From Eledone cirrhosa (Eukaryota), in the NCBI GenBank assembly GCA_964016885.1, contig OZ024740.1, forward strand, positions 291,586,001 to 291,650,000: DNA of 64,000 nt, given 5' to 3'. Numbering within the stretch: position 1 is the stretch's first letter; every line of letters begins with the position of its first letter. Made by a program: the position numbers and the translations under genes. Below the pieces are notes generated by a model. It saw only the letters and a program-made list of their open reading frames with translations. It did not search any database and had not been told where the DNA came from. Positions 63,456-64,000 of this stretch are shown piece after piece.

Positions 63456-64000
63456 GTCACCCGGATAGTAAACCAAGTCATACAGAATGGGGTCATTCCG
63501 AAAGACTGGCGTGGCAGCATCCTCATTAACTGCTACAAGGGTAAAGGAGATGCCCTAGATAGGGGTAACTATAGAGGCATTAAATTTATCGACCAGGTCA
63601 TGAAGGTCACAGAAAAAGTAATAGCACAACTAATCAGAGAACGAATTGATCTAGATGAAATGCAGTTCGGGTTTGTGTCAGGTAAAAGTACCACAGACGC
63701 TCTTTTTATTGTACGACAACTACAGGAGAAGTACCTATCTAAAAGTAAACCCCTATACTTAGCTTTTGTTGACTTGGAGAAAGCCTTTGACAGAGTCCCC
63801 CGCTCGATTATCTGGTGGGCTCTTAGAAAACTTGGTGTTGATGAATGGCTTGTGAGAGCTATACAAGCCATGTATAAAGAAACAGACGGCAAGGTTAGAA
63901 TTAACAACAAATATAGTGAAGAGTTTAGCGTAAAAGTTGGTGTTCATCAGGGCTCCGTCCTTAGCCCCCTACTATTTATTATTGCCCTTCAGGCTATAAC
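63456..64000 (+). mobile_element. RTE LINE reverse transcriptase, 5'-truncated, open to window edge
   Basis: VIPKDWRGSILINCYKGKGDALDRGNYRGI..QFGFVSGKSTTDALF..AFVDLEKAFDRVPR..KVGVHQGSVLSPLLF; 181 codons without a stop. Confidence 0.96.

Overview
AT-rich, repeat-saturated eukaryotic genomic DNA with no confidently identifiable host gene. The SINE/RTE/MITE inventory and the (TA)n/(GAT)n load resemble coleoid cephalopod, probably octopod, DNA; this is inferred from repeat style only. Nearly all ORFs in the supplied track are microsatellite or satellite artefacts. Protein-coding signal I can support is all transposon-derived: RTE LINE fragments (one stop-free RT segment running off the right edge), two Penelope-like element (PLE) GIY-YIG endonuclease ends, a Tc1-type transposase pseudogene with D-35-E spacing, and the 3' end of a CRE-like non-LTR element. 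There are five satellite arrays (47, 22, 23, 48 and about 48 bp units), two tRNA-derived SINE families, TTAA/TA/hAT MITEs and non-autonomous Helitrons. The most notable hidden structure is a set of hammerhead-ribozyme (HHR) motifs in PLE termini, several with an unusually long 60-90 nt stem-II insert. Also notable are fold-back PLE termini, a 2.7 kb satellite grown from the hairpin unit of the RTE/SINE 3' UTR, and an inverted duplication giving a filled/empty SINE site. A few splice-site-flanked candidate exons suggest the window may be intronic. All calls are by eye; no searches were run.
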